From NCBI GenBank assembly GCA_002104905.1, contig MCFE01000156.1, positions 87,516 to 151,515 of the forward strand: a DNA stretch of 64,000 nucleotides, given 5' to 3'. Under the pieces are notes generated by a model. The model saw only the letters and a list, made by a program, of their open reading frames with translations. It did not search any database and was not told where the DNA came from. The stretch is from Basidiobolus meristosporus CBS 931.73 (Eukaryota; Fungi; Basidiobolomycota). Made by a program: the position numbers and the translations under genes. The stretch's first letter is position 1, and every line of letters starts with the position of its first letter. Below are positions 28,101-41,812 of this stretch, piece by piece.

Positions 28101-29139
28101 TCAACCAAATCTGTGGCGGAAGCTCTTCAAGAATAAGGTGGATAGGTAGCCTTCCGGATCAGTCAACCTACGATTCCTCAATAGTCTGTAGAGGGGAAAC
28201 CCGGAATCCTGGATCAGTCCATCGGAGCGTAGTATTCCGATTTGATCTGATCCGAACCGAAAAGAATGGCCTACGTTTCCTGTGGGTGGGCACTTCTGGT
28301 GTACTTCGATAAACTGTTTATTTATGGCATGGGGGCTCGGAGATACTCTCTTAAGGAAATCTATATCTATAGGCTCGATGGATCTAATTTACCACACGAT
28401 GGCTTCCATACCATCACTGCTCAATATATTGATTATTTCCTATTCAGAAACTCCGGAGTACGCATCCCCATGCGGTTGGTCAATTCCGAGGGTTAGGCTT
28501 AAATCAGGTATCCTCGCTACATATCCATATTGCTGAGGGTGCCTGAGATAATCCGGAAGTGGGCTGACATATTAATAGCCTGCCTCGAACCACAACTCTC
28601 TCCGCCCTACTCCAGGGTCTTTCATAAGACTATAGTTAGTGCGCTTCTTGCTTTGTGGGTTGCAGTTCATGTTTTTCCATTCAACCTATTGGGTAAACAT
28701 CTATTTTGCAAGATGACTTGTGTATGTGACATCTCATTTATCTGGGCATTCCTACAATTCTACACCATTGAACAAGTTACAAGCCACTAGGTGAACAGAG
28801 ATGGCGGACAGTTGGGTATTTGATACCCAACTGGCTAGTGCCAATGTGAGCTTATTTGTTGAATATATAATTACCACTCTAGTGTCTGTGATTCTTTAGA
28901 TTTGTGGCTGAAGTAATATGAAGTTGTCAGTGTGACCATGAATGATGCACACCTTTGGTGAGCTCAATGTACAAACACTTCATTGTAGTGGATATTCTCT
29001 GCAAGAAAAGGTCTTAGTCATATTTCAGTAGCCACTTCCTTCCATGTTTACTATGTACATTTGCAGCTCTGCAGTACTAGTGAATCATTTGCTGCCATAG
29101 AGTACTGTTTGTGGTAGAAATTTGTAATTCCACTATTCT

Positions 29140-31075
29140 ACATGTTTGCTATGTCAAGACCATGTAAGAGTATAAATACTACTTTTACATTCAATAAATC
29201 ATTAGGTGAACACCTCATAATCAACTTGTTCTTCTAATCACTTCCAATATCTCCAAGACTCTTACAACACTATTGGGACCTAGAAGCTGCCACCATAAAT
29301 ATGTGAGGCCTAACCTGCCTATACATCTTAGGTTTCAGATGTAAAGGGTTCAATTGCTTGCTGGAGAAGACATCTTTGGTTGTTATGGCTGTATGTAATG
29401 GAACTCAATAAAAAATTGTTCTATCTTAGAGAAACTATAGACAAAATCATGTACTGAAGTGTACTGACCCAAGGTGTATTGAAAGAACAGAGCAACAATG
29501 TTGTGGGTTTTGTAACTACACTAATATGTCCATTAACTTAGTCACATGGCTTGTAGTCTGTAAATCCTGGAGGATTAAGCCCTGTTGTAAAAATTTGGAA
29601 TTCCACCTAAATATTCAACTAACTTAGTCACTTAGATCATTACCTTCATATCCTAGGAAATACTGACTAAATTCCTTGTTGGGATTTACTTAGAATATTT
29701 TCACCAATATATAAGATACCCAGAACATGAAAATTCTCAAGGCTGTTCAAAAAGCCCCAAATTTTGCATAAATGTTCTTGGGACCTTCCTAAACCTATTC
29801 TATGTGTTTGTTATGCCAAGACCATGTAAAAGCATAAATACTACTTTTGCATTCCAGAAATCATTAAGTAAAACCACATAATCTACTTGTTCTCCCAATC
29901 ACTTCCAATATCTCAAGACTCTTAAAACAAGCCCATGATTCTTCTTATGATTTACCAAATATCAGGTGTCCCAAACATGAAAATGTTCAAGGTAGTCCAA
30001 GGGCTCCCAAACTTTGCATATGTGCTCTTATAACCACTCTAAGCAGAGTGAATGTACTTTTTCTCAGATGCCTACAGCATGTAAAAGTTGAAAGTGTTGT
30101 AAGAGTCTTGGAGAAATTGGAAGTGATTAGAAGAACAAGTAGATTATGTGGTTTCACTTAATGATTTCTGGAATGCAAAAGTAGTATTTATGCTTTTACA
30201 TGGTCTTGGCATAACAAACACATAGAATAGGTTTAGGAAGGTCCCAAGAACATTTATGCAAAATTTGGGGCTTTTTAATCAGCCTTGAGAATTTTCATGT
30301 TCTGGGTACCTGATATCTTATATTGTTACATACATATCTTAGAAAATACTGACCAAACTCCTTGTTGGGATTTACTTGGAATATTTTCACTAAGCGACTA
30401 AGTTAGGTGAGTATTTAGGTGGAATTAGAAATTTTTACAACAAATAAATCATCAAGTGAAACCCACAAAATCCACTTGTTTGCCCAATCACTTCCAATAT
30501 CTCCAAAACACTTACAACATTATAAAGATATAATTCATAACTTGCAACTGTACCTTCAATGCCAAGGCCCTTTGCGTTCTAAGAGGTTCAATGATACTGG
30601 AAGTGATTAGGAGAACAAGTGGATTATGTGGTTTCCACTTGATGATTTATTCAATGCAAAGGTAGTATATATACTTTGGAATGATCTTGGTAAAATAAAA
30701 TGTAGAATGTGGTCAGGAAGGCTCCAAGAGCATGCATGCAAAGTTCAGAGCTGTTTGGACAAATCTGAGATTTCTAATATTTGATGGGATTTGTAGACTA
30801 TGATCTGAGAGGCCAAGTTAAGTGAATACCTGGGCGTAATCATGAAATTTACAACATGATGAAGGCATAAATGGCATTAGTACATTTAATAAATCATGAA
30901 GTGAGAGACATATTATCTACCAGCTCTCCCAGTCACTTTCAGTTGCTCCAAGATCCTCCATATAGATTACATACATTTGACAGCCCACTTGCAAGTGAAT
31001 GTTTGCTTGTGGCAAGTAGACTTAGGAATCTGGAGGTGATTTGGAAGATGTTTGTTGACAAGTAATGATGTGTGG
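29140..31075. repeat. Cluster of copia-family LTR fragments in both orientations
   Basis: Multiple matches to the 350-bp LTR: ending 29269, 29583-29929, 30095-30325 inverted, 30330-30519, 30580-30858 inverted, and 30880-31075. Confidence 0.85.
29583..29929 (+). repeat. Solo copia LTR with TSD AGCCC
   Basis: Runs TGTTGTAAAA...AAAACA and is flanked by AGCCC at 29578-29582 and 29930-29934. Confidence 0.9.
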
Positions 31076-31769
31076 TTACTATGCAGTAATGCTCAGCCAA
31101 CGCTTCCAACGGGTGGGTAGGTAGAGATGCCCTTTGGTTCCAGACAGTGATCCATCCCCTCAAAATTGAATTGGGAATAAGTGGTAGGAGGTGTGCTTCT
31201 ACTTTCTGAAACTTTACACGGAGCTTCAGAGAACAAACAACGTGTCGTGGAAGACCATGGAAAGAGAGGTGGAGTTCGTAGGCCATTGGACGACCTTGAA
31301 AGCCTTCTACATATTCAATGCTTCCACCATGAATTCCGAGCCTTAATTGGTGGAAAGGACTCCTTGGCATCTAATGAATATCCACCGTGTATCCATGCAT
31401 ACGTGTTACCAGTAGGCAAGCAGTAAAACCCCTTCCGTAAATGGGGGAATGGCTCGATGTTGTGTTGGTCCCGGTGTAGAAACCGTGAGGTAGAGCATAG
31501 CTGGGCCGCCACTTGATCCATCTCTTGGTCGTTGCCAGCATCGATTAAGCGATCCTGGTGGATCCTCGCCCGAATGGCTCCAGCGATTATTCACCGGGAC
31601 GACAGCCAATGGTAGGGGGTGAGCCATGCCATGGTACTGATGTTGATTTGGGCCAGGGAAAAATTCCAAGATGCAAATTGGTTGGGCTGGGCTGGGCTGG
31701 ACCCATTGCCGTCGTCGACGTTTTTCTTACGCGCTCCCGTCCTCAACTTTCCCCAAGCCCCACCCAACG

Positions 31770-33280
31770 ATGACCCAAAGTGACCTCGATCGGTAGTGAA
31801 CCCCTTGGCTGTACAGGAGCACCTCTCCCCGTAACTAACGACTCCTTTCCTTTTCTCCAACCTGGGGGCATAGTCAGATAGAACAGCTGAGACGATGTGA
31901 GATAATCACCGAGAACGAGGTGAAGCAGCTCTGCAACAAGGCCCGTGAGATATTGATCGAGGAGAGTAATGTCCAGCGAGTAGATGCCCCGGTCACGGTA
32001 ATATCTCCCCACCACCCGACGGACTCCTGAGCGACGGCTAACCCTTTCTCCCCAGATCTGCGGTGATATCCATGGGCAGTTCTACGACCTGAAGGAGCTG
32101 TTCAGGGTCGGGGGGAAATGTCCGGACACGAATTACTTGTTCATGGGTAAAACCTAGGCTCCCCCCTCCGAGTTGCTGCGTCCACCCACGACTGACCCTT
32201 CTTTCCGACACAGGGGATTTTGTTGACCGCGGCTTCTACAGCGTGGAGACGTTCCTGCTGCTCCTGGCCCTCAAAGTAACTTCGCTTCACCGATGCTAAC
32301 CTTAGCCCCCTGTTCGGAACGCACTTTCTGACCCCCTTCCCCTTCCCCACCCCCACCCCCACCTCCAGGTTCGTTACCCGGATCGTATCACCCTGATCCG
32401 AGGAAACCACGAGAGTCGCCAGATCACCCAGGTGTATGGGTTCTACGAGGAATGCCTGCGGAAGTACGGCTCGCCCAACGTTTGGCGCTACTGCTGCGAG
32501 ATCTTCGACTACCTTAGTCTCTCGGCGATCATCGACGACCGGATCTTCTGCGTGCACGGCGGATTGTCGCCCTCCATCACGACGGTGGACCAGGTAACGG
32601 TTTGGCGGGAGGAAGGATGCGATGGAACGCTGAGGTGCTGATCGGTTCGAGATTTCTTTAGATCCGCACGATCGATCGCAAGCAGGAGGTCCCCCACGAC
32701 GGCGGGATGTGCGATCTCCTGTGGTCCGACCCCGACGGTACGTTTCAACCGAGCTAGTGGGCGGGATTGTAGCTGTTGAGTAACGCAGGTTGCTTCACTT
32801 CCCTTAGAGATCGAAGGCTGGGGGCTGAGCCCGCGCGGCGCTGGCTACCTGTTCGGTGGAGATGTGGTCAAGACGGTGGGTGGTTTTCGTTGAGGAACAA
32901 ACTGCATGGAGTGGTGGTACTGACCCGAGCGGCTCGACTCGGCACCTGTTCATTTTTAGTTCCTCCACGCCAACAACCTGGACCTGATCGCCCGGGCGCA
33001 CCAGCTGGTGATGGAAGGGTACAAGCTCATGTTCGATGACACCATCGTGACCGTTTGGTCAGCACCAAACTATTGCTACAGGTAAGCCCGTGGCGCGGAC
33101 ATCCCGCCCCTCGCGTGCCCAATCGCTCACCAACCGAATTGTTCACGCAGATGCGGAAACGTGGCGGCGATCTTGGAGCTGGACGAGCATCTCAACAAGA
33201 ACTACAAGATCTTCGAAGCAGCGCCCCAGGAAGTTCGCAATGCTCCGGCAAAGAAGCCGGCGCCCGACTATTTCTTGTGA
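31770..33280 (+). CDS. PPH3: Ser/Thr protein phosphatase 4 catalytic subunit (PPP4C/Pph3), multi-intron
   Basis: The spliced translation gives [56 protein letters not shown] and C-terminal DYFL. Confidence 0.97.
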
Positions 33281-33834
33281 AGGGCCGGCCATACCCATAC
33301 CCATATCCCCAACCCGGTCTCGGGACGGAAGAGTAAACAGAGGCCAGGCCGAGCCCCGAATTCCCAAAGATACTATTCCCCTTTCACTTTCCTCCCCATC
33401 AACTTTACGCCCAGCTTACCCTTGCCACCCTACCCATCTTCTCTCTAATCCATTCTATTAATATATGCTCTGGGGAAGATGGTCCTGCCTTCCGATGCAT
33501 CATGCTGAGGTTTGAATTCCCTTCACCACTCGATTCTCTAGCTTATTTGAGGGTAGTCCAGCGGGCCAGTAACTGGCCACGCCACGCTTGGCTCACGCAA
33601 AGGTGCGCTGTCTATTAAGGGGGTTTATTTTCATTTGAGTGGCATTGAGAAGAGACTCCTGACGGATCATCAGCAGTAGCCTATCTAGAGGAATCCCACC
33701 ACTCTTCACTTCGCTGATACAAATAAAAATGGGCTGAGGATGAGGTGTGGATGCTTGCGTGATGTAAATGTAGGTAGGGGAGAGGAATGTGTGGTGGAGG
33801 AACCGTGGACGGTGGTGCTGGCAAACGATCGTGA

Positions 33835-34732
33835 TCAGAGGCCATTGTCGAGGCGGTATTTGATCAGGTCGGCGATAGTGATCATTTTGATGCCGTGCTT
33901 CACGGAAAATGCTTTGCAGTCGTCACGACGTGCCATTGTGCCGTCATCATTGACCAGCTCACAAATGACAGCCACCGGGCTTAATCCGGAAAGCTTGCAT
34001 AGATCTACAGTTCAAGGCGAGGGTTAGTGCGAGCTAGAGGGATACTGGGGGCTCGTGAGACCTACCAACTGAAGCCTCAGTATGTCCAGTACGAGTGAGG
34101 ACTCCGCCATCGCGAGCGCGCAATGGAAGGATATGTCCAGGACGGTTGAATTCGGTTGGCTCGGTGATAGACAGATCCGCCAAGCTACGAGCAGTCAGGG
34201 CCCTGTCATGTGCAGAGATTCCGGTGGTAGTGTCTGCGCATACAACTCCGTCAGCCTTAGGAAACGGGAGGTTGAAAGAAAATGGCGCACTCACCATGCC
34301 TGTAGTCCACACTGATTGTGTATGCGGTCTTGTGGGGATCGGTACTGTTCGGTACCATAAGGGGGAGCTGTAGTTGGTCAGCCCTTTCGTTGGTCATAGG
34401 GACACATACATAGCCACTACAGCACGGAACCTGGTTAGCGTGGGGGAGGGAAACCTGACAAACAAGGATTTCTGTACCTCGTGTAACGGATCATGAAGCT
34501 CATGTCTTTAGTGGAGACCTTTTCGGCGGCAATGATCAGGTCCCCTTCGTTTTCACGATCTTCGTTATCAACCACAAGGAGAAACTTGCCTGCGGCTAAA
34601 CAAAGAACTGGGTCAGCGCCACGACATACACACAGCCCAAGCGCACAACATACCGAAATCCTCCAAAGCGGATTGGATGGCGTCGAATTCGCAGGTCGAG
34701 TGGTCTTCTGGCAAAAGAGAGGGGTTGGTCAT
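33835..34732 (-). CDS. RIB3: 3,4-dihydroxy-2-butanone 4-phosphate synthase, multi-intron
   Basis: Motifs [45 protein letters not shown] and [14 protein letters not shown]. Confidence 0.95.
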
Positions 34733-36880
34733 ATTCAACGAGGTAGAAGAGATAGCGACGGTCGCAGTGAAGATGGTGGCAGAAGGGTGGATGAAGGTAG
34801 ATTATAAAAGAATTTTCAATTAACTGGCGATTCGTCAAGATTCACCAACCATTAGTTCACCAACCATTATATATATTGTAGTGAATAGATTCGCATCAGA
34901 CAGGCTCATTAATAACGCATCAGTTCGAGGAAACAGCTCGGAAAAACATCCAGACTAATTTGATCGATTGTTTCATTTGGGATGGCCCAGTGGTATCGGA
35001 TCAAATCCCTGTTCCAATTAGAAATCAACTTCTCGATAATAATGAAGACTAATCATGCAGCTTGTGCTGAAGTGATTCCATCAGGGGATCAGCAACAGTT
35101 GGATAGCATCTTACTAATCAACCCAAGCCCTCCACATATCAGAATCTAGGAAAAAAATCACCGTTGTACTGGACACAGCTCCCCCGTTCACCAATGATGC
35201 TTTATTCTCACATGTCAAGGGTAGACTCAAAGGATGTGAAACGTGGGCTAATTCATCGAATGATTAGCAAGCGATGCGTACCATTCGAGGAGACACCTAG
35301 CCACCACGCATTGAGCGAAGTTTCCGAGGATTTTCGAGCCGCCTCGTCATGTCCACGGCCGCTTCCCTCCCTTTGGTGGTTGAGTGGATCTGGGATAGCC
35401 CCTCATGAGACTGTGCTGGGCTGAGCTCACCAGCATGGAATCGGACGTTCTGTCCGTAACTCCCCACCAAACGCTGGCTTCAACTCCAATCAACGGTAAA
35501 GCGCTGAAATCCTTCTTCAGGAAGGGTCTCTGTGCTAGATAGATCCTTGTGATACAGCTCCTATCAATTTTGCTGGTGCCACCGTGGGCGCTGCGGCAGG
35601 GCGAAGCGCACAACCACCAAGAGCCAACGGGCCATCCCTCCGAGTCGCCCACCACCCTCCCAAGGGTGTGGCTGCGATAAAGACCACAGCACTTGGCAAA
35701 CCTTTTCGAAAATTAGAGTTGTCCGCCTCAGCGGATCCTCCACCAAAAGGGGGATGGTTAAGGGTCGCACTGTCTGATTGCTGGGATTAGATAGTGCCGG
35801 AGCGAGGCAATTGGATTTGTAATTGTTGCTTAAAATATGCATCCGATGCCAGTAACCATGCTCTAAGAAGGCCCATTTCTCCGTTTAGATGGTCTTCCTG
35901 GTGGATCTAAGATTCGTGCTTCCTGCGAGCTTGATTGGTATTATCGGCTGCTGGATGACCAAACGCTTCCTATCTATGGCTGATTAGATATAGATATAAG
36001 CTTGCGAGGAACCAGCCTGGTGATTCCTGCAGCTAAGCCTTGGTCAGCAATTTGGAATCGAATGGAAAGAGATCGTTGGGAACCCTGATTGGTTTCAGGT
36101 GTTCTATGGAAATCAGTGATCATAGGCTCTTAGGCGCACAGCGTAGCTTTTGGGCGTAGGTTGTTTATCGTCGACAATTGATATGGCCCTCTTGTCCTAG
36201 AAAAGATTTCGAAGTAGACAGCAGTTGTCTGGAACGACCTCCCGAGGTTTCTATGGGAATATGGGCTTTACACTCTCCTTCCGCTGTTGGGTTGTTCCGC
36301 AGTTTAGTTACACCTGAATCGCCCCTTGCTCCTAACCCAAAGGGCCCCAATGGAATTCGCTCGGGAGAAATCAAAGAACTCCAGCGTCAGTGGCAAAACT
36401 AGCTCACCTGTGCCTCTTGCGAGTCCACGGGTTTCTCTTACGCATATCTTCAGCTCACGAACCGCTACGGGAAGGTGAAAATCTCTGCAGTCACACCAAA
36501 TAGGCTGCTGCTGGATATATCTGTTATGTGAGCTTACCAATTAATATGCTTTCACGAATAGCCTGGATTTTGTTTGTATCATGGGTGCGGCACCGATATT
36601 GCTACGCTTGACTGAGCATACAATTGTCGTGCGGATGCTGATATATATACCTCATGCCTGTACAGCTATTGGCTAGCAACAATTGTTAACGCAGGATCAT
36701 TAGGAACTTTGAGTTAACCATCATATATTATACGAATAGCACTTTCAGCTGGGTGGCTTACAATATCTTACATGTAGACTACATTATATACGAAGGGATG
36801 TACGGGGATAGAAGACAAGGAGGGGGATCAGGTACATATAAAGGTGATCAATGGGCTACGGTTGCCTGACAACGTGCTCT

Positions 36881-38576
36881 CTAATCTACAATAGCGAACT
36901 CGGGAAATTTGGTTTTCAAGGTATCGATTGACGAAGGATCAACCTCTGGCAAGCAGGGCTCAGAAATATGGATTTGCACCAAGTCGGAGACATCCATTCG
37001 TCCCAGCATATCGAAAAACTCCTGGCCTAAGCCCCAGTTGACGAGGCTAAGCTTTGTCAGAGTTCGCAGGAAACGAGTGGTGGTGATGGGTTCTACATAC
37101 AACCTCGCTTGGTCTCCATTCGAGTAGGCCGGATTCTCATTGGACACCTTGCTGACTTTGTTCAAACTCAGTTCCACCAAACCCGTGCATTTCTTGGCGA
37201 CTACATGCAGCGTCCTCGGTCCAAGACTCCCGCTGTGAATGTGCAGAGTGCTTAGAGAGTTGCCTAGGCTTCTCACTATGTCGTAAACACAGTACTCATC
37301 GATGGTGGCGGAATCCAGTGCAAGGTGTTTGAGGTTGTTGCAATATTTGCCAACTACGTTGCCAAATCCATTAGGCAGATTGCTCGAATTGACGAACAGT
37401 GTTTTCAACGAGCTACCGCAATGTGTAAACAATGCCTGCCAAGAGTCGAGATTCAGCTTGCCTCTTATGGATTGAGTCAAAGTTGTCTCGAAACACGGTA
37501 AGCTGATCTCGATGCTCTGCATGGTTCTGGGTAAACCACTGGCAAGAGCGACCATTTGTTGGTGACCTATCTGGACGCCTGACAGCTTTAGACATCTCAA
37601 ATGAGTCCACGAGCGCTCATACCACGAATTTGGCAACGTCAGCATCAGGCTGGTGAAGTCCGATCTTCTGAGATCCATTTCCAGCTCGACCAACCGAGCC
37701 CCAAAATGGAAGGCTATTTCTTCACTGGTGTCCATGATCCTTCGATCCAAGGTGGAGTTCCCGTACACATGCAAATTCTGAATCCTCAGCCGGGTGATAC
37801 CAGGACACATGCGATTCAGCCTTGCGGCAAGTTTGTTTGGTATACCGTAGGCAGTTAAGGTGAAGTCCTGGACGGATGGCGTAGCTGATAGAACCATCTC
37901 CAAGAAATCTTCCCTTAATTCTCCGCATGGCTTGAGGCGGAATTCCTCCATGATCCTCAATCGATGTAGCTGCCGAGCTTCTGGCATGTATGCGTGTCTG
38001 CTGCGCGAGGATATGCCTGGGTGCGCGCCCTTTTGTACCTGGATGCTCAGATCCTCCAGCAATGGACATTTATCTAGCAACTGATACAGAAAGACGAGGC
38101 CGAGGTCGGTCTGCTCGATGGACAAATGCTCCAACACTCGCAAGTTTCGGAAAGGGAAATGCGAAATTCGTGAACACGTCAGATATCCCGGCGAGAACTT
38201 CAATACGCGCAGATTGGTGAGCTGTAGGACCCAAGGAAGGAGCTGGTCAAGCATCTTGGTCGAGTAGTTGGGCGCTTCGACTCTCTTTACCAGTGAGTTG
38301 ACCGATTCTAATGAGTGAGTTAGCATGGGGGTTTATACTTTGAGTAATATGGATCTCGCGCTTACGTTGAGGTGCTTTGAAGTGAAGAAGTCGAGTGTCG
38401 GGCTCCTTTGTAATAACCATCCGGGATAGCGCGGGTGCTCTCCATAGGCATTTCAGCCCAACATCGCTCCACGTGGAGCAGACCAAACAACAATTGAGCA
38501 GGTCCCCAGGCATCGTAAGATGTTCAAAAATGAGCTGTAAAACCTCCACAGGCAAAGTCCATTGTAATGGAGTCAT
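36881..38576 (-). CDS. F-box / RNI-like leucine-rich-repeat protein; intron at 38308-38365
   Basis: F-box LPVEVLQLIFEHL...LLNCCLVCSTW is joined in frame through a GTAAGC...TAG intron to a 481-codon LRR-like ORF (CPLLEDLSI, CTGLVELSL). Confidence 0.85.
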
Positions 38577-40339
38577 TTAGAAGCGAATGTAACCCGAAGT
38601 TCGGCGCAATGGTGTGGAAGGGCAGTGATTACGGTTACTAGGGATTCAAACTACCAAGACTATTTACAGTTCAATACGCCTCACCAGCGGCGCAGGCAAC
38701 TTTAAATAGCCTTGAAGGTCACCCTGAGAAAAAGTGGAATTATAACGAATGGAATTAATCGGCGGCTACATGTCAAACAGTGTCACATTCCCAAATTTAG
38801 ATTCCACCTTTTCCACAATAGTTTGAGGAATACCAGTAGTCTCCATGAACAGCAATTTCCCAGTACCGCCGGGTTCCACTTTTTCCACCTCGATATACTC
38901 TCATCATGCGTAGGATTACATATTAATATTCCAGGCCTAGCTGCTTCCAGCACAGCAGTTCTCGACGGCACAAACTTGTTGCTGGATTGGTAACGGCCTT
39001 GGATCTGATATCTCTCATTGTGAAACGTCAACAATGTCTCATGAGACTGTGGGGGCCACCAGCTATGTAGGCCTAGTTCCTGTGACCTAGAGGTTGGCTC
39101 GGTCTTTCAGGTCGATACAAGGAAACGCCGTGACAGTCGGGGCAATTCGCAACGAAGAGAAAGTTTGAATTAAGAGCGTTCCAAGAGAATTAGCTGGCCA
39201 CCAATACACACGTCTCTACGTACATATAAGGTGACGGACATCTTCAACCAGGGCTTGGGCCTGACTCCAGCAAGAATGCTCCAAAATAAGGGGATTTACG
39301 GACCCTCAAAGTAATCGCAGCCGGGCCCAAATTTTCGTGCTGACCCTATTTCCATGACGCACCGTGTGAACAGATGAGTGTGGAAAAGGCTCAACTGAAA
39401 CAGTAGTCTCGATCTGCATATTTGTGAACTGATCATTCCTCTTGGTTAGCCTTGGTGGTAGTGCCTCCCGCGCTGGCAAAGCAGCCAAGAGATATCTACG
39501 AAACACCTGGTTTGTTGCATAACAAGCACTTGCTTGCCTGGGCTCTGGGTCCCCCGATGCTGACGATTCAGGATGGTGGCTGGACTTGCGTTTGGTTGTT
39601 AATTCTTGTCGGCTGGTGTCCACCGCGTGATCACACCGGCAAACCACACCCATGTAAAGATCAAAGGCGGATTCCCGTACGCATTGGTAGAATCATCTAA
39701 ACCATCGTCGAACACGCCGTCCAACTCCAAGCCACGCCTGCTTATAACAAGGCGCTACACAATGGATCCACCGGCTTTGTGTAGGTGGCTTAATTGAAAG
39801 GACTGGCGTATGGAAATCGGCCATTTTGTGGGACTTCTTCATTGGAAGGAAACTCATGGTGAGTACTAGGTGCTTATTGGCTCAGCGCACACCATTAGTA
39901 TTCTGGTCCAAGTGATCTAGAATACTAGTGCTGCGGCGCTACCTGAATTTCAGCCAATATAGCCGAGGCTCTGGTAGATATGGCAGGTTTGTCGTGGGAT
40001 GGAGATGCAATATCACCTCAGCTTGTCACAGCAGCTACTTGCAAGTCGATGTGGCGGTTCCTCCCAGGGCTGGAGTCGGTGCCATATTGGCGTTGGGGGA
40101 GCATGCAGTTATCCCAAGCGAAATAATAATAGGTATCTTTATTCTTTGGCATACGCTAGTGTAGAACAATTGCACAAAAAATCCATTTTCATCGACTCGA
40201 AGTAATCTGAACAATGCCGTTGCTTCACTCCGATGGAGACATACTATTACATCGGAAAGGAGTGTGAGAAGTACGAACGTCCACCGGTATCGAGGAACTT
40301 ACTGCTTTGTTCATATCTTGAGCATCGAAGGAAGCAGCC

Positions 40340-41335
40340 TCATGTGAGGTAGTGGACAATGGCCCACATAAGAAGGATGGATATGATTACTCCGGCATAG
40401 AAGATCCATTTATCTTGGGTTGTTCTACGCTCAATATATTGGATCACTGTACGAGATAGGCCTAGAGTGTTGGCAGTATCCAGGATTTTCTTGTGTGCTC
40501 CCTTAGTACAATACCACGTTTTAGTATAAAGATATCAACGGGGAAATCAATCTGGGGCGATTACCTTGAGTGTTCCTCGTTGATGGACCAGGTTTTGCAG
40601 TGCTGCCTGCCCTTGGGCTATGAACTCGTCTATACGCTGCTCGGTGGAGTTGAGGAAGTCATGCTCTCGGTGCGTATGTTGCTCAAGAGATATGCTGGTG
40701 GTACCCGAGGCAGTGTTGTACTGATCGAGTGGTCCATTGGTAAGTGTTGGTAACCTTGGAACTTTGCAACAAATCTTACCGTAGATTGATCAAACCCATT
40801 AAATAGCTCTTGCCGATTAAATTGCTGTTCCGTCTATGTACCAGAGGAGAAACAACACCGTGTTAGCCAAAAGAGCCAAAAGAGCATGTGCTAAGCAATT
40901 AGTTACTTTGTTCTCCTCTTTTCGCTTAGCTATCTCGAAGGAACTTTTGTAATGCTTGAAGTCTTCTCTGAATTTCGCAACACGCCTAGGAAATTCGGGA
41001 TGGTTACTAATGACTCCACAACAATGGAATTTGCCCCAAACACTTTGAGCCACTTACTCTTCTGCCTGTTGGCGCTTGTTTGGGATGAGCTCTTTCTTCG
41101 ACAGAGATTCATAATCATCAATGGACCTGTTCAGCGCACTTAGACTGGCCGAGATTTGACCTATATTGAACACCAACAAAAATTGGACTTCAACAACCGC
41201 AAGGACCTTTTTCTCAGGAATCATCCTTTAGCTACCTTGTAGTGCGTTGGACTTGTCTTCTCCGCTCTCGAATAAAGCCAAATCACGCTTGATCGCATGG
41301 GATTGTTTTAAAGCATTATTATACAAAGAATTCAT
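40340..41335 (-). CDS. BOS1: Golgi Qb-SNARE Bos1/GOSR2, multi-intron
   Basis: The spliced translation gives MNSLYNNALKQS..., RVAKFREDF..., EQRIDEFIAQGQAALQNLVHQRGTLK, DTANTLGLSRTVIQYIERRTTQDKWIF and a C-terminal TM helix. Confidence 0.85.
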
Positions 41336-41812
41336 CTTGGCCTGGAGTCTACTTGGTACTCGGATTTCTTGCTCACGGGGCGGAAAGACACAGGCAACGA
41401 CGGGGTAATCTGTTGAACGTCTTCACGAATAGCTAGGTGGAAGGAGATGCTAGGCAGGTACGATGGGGAGATCAACAAGTGCAGCTATTTGGGCGGGTTT
41501 TGTTGCCAAGAGAGAAGCTTGCGGTGGCCAGAGTCCGATGATGGCGAATGTGGTATTGGGTCGAAATCGATTCCAATTGGACTCATCAACGTATCTATGT
41601 GTTGATTTATTCTTGGTAGGAAATTTCGAGGTTTGATTTGTGTCACTGACTCTAGATCGAGCATATTCACATGGACCACATATATTGGATGAGCTTTATT
41701 CAGGTTGTAATTGTCAAACAATCTTAATGGACGCAAATATATTGAAATCATAAAACCATGCGTGGAAATAGGGGCCTTGGTTATGCCCGGATATTGGCCC
41801 TCATGAGGCGGC

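Noticed and set aside
32141-34807. Antisense ORFs over PPH3 and RIB3 (for example 32141..32557 and 34493..34807)
   Set aside because: They are shadows of GC-rich conserved coding exons.
35100-36550. Possible gene between RIB3 and the F-box gene
   Set aside because: Only short overlapping ORFs in GC-rich DNA; no consistent splice model or domain.
38700-40300. Possible gene between the F-box gene and BOS1
   Set aside because: The short ORFs have no motif or coherent exon chain.
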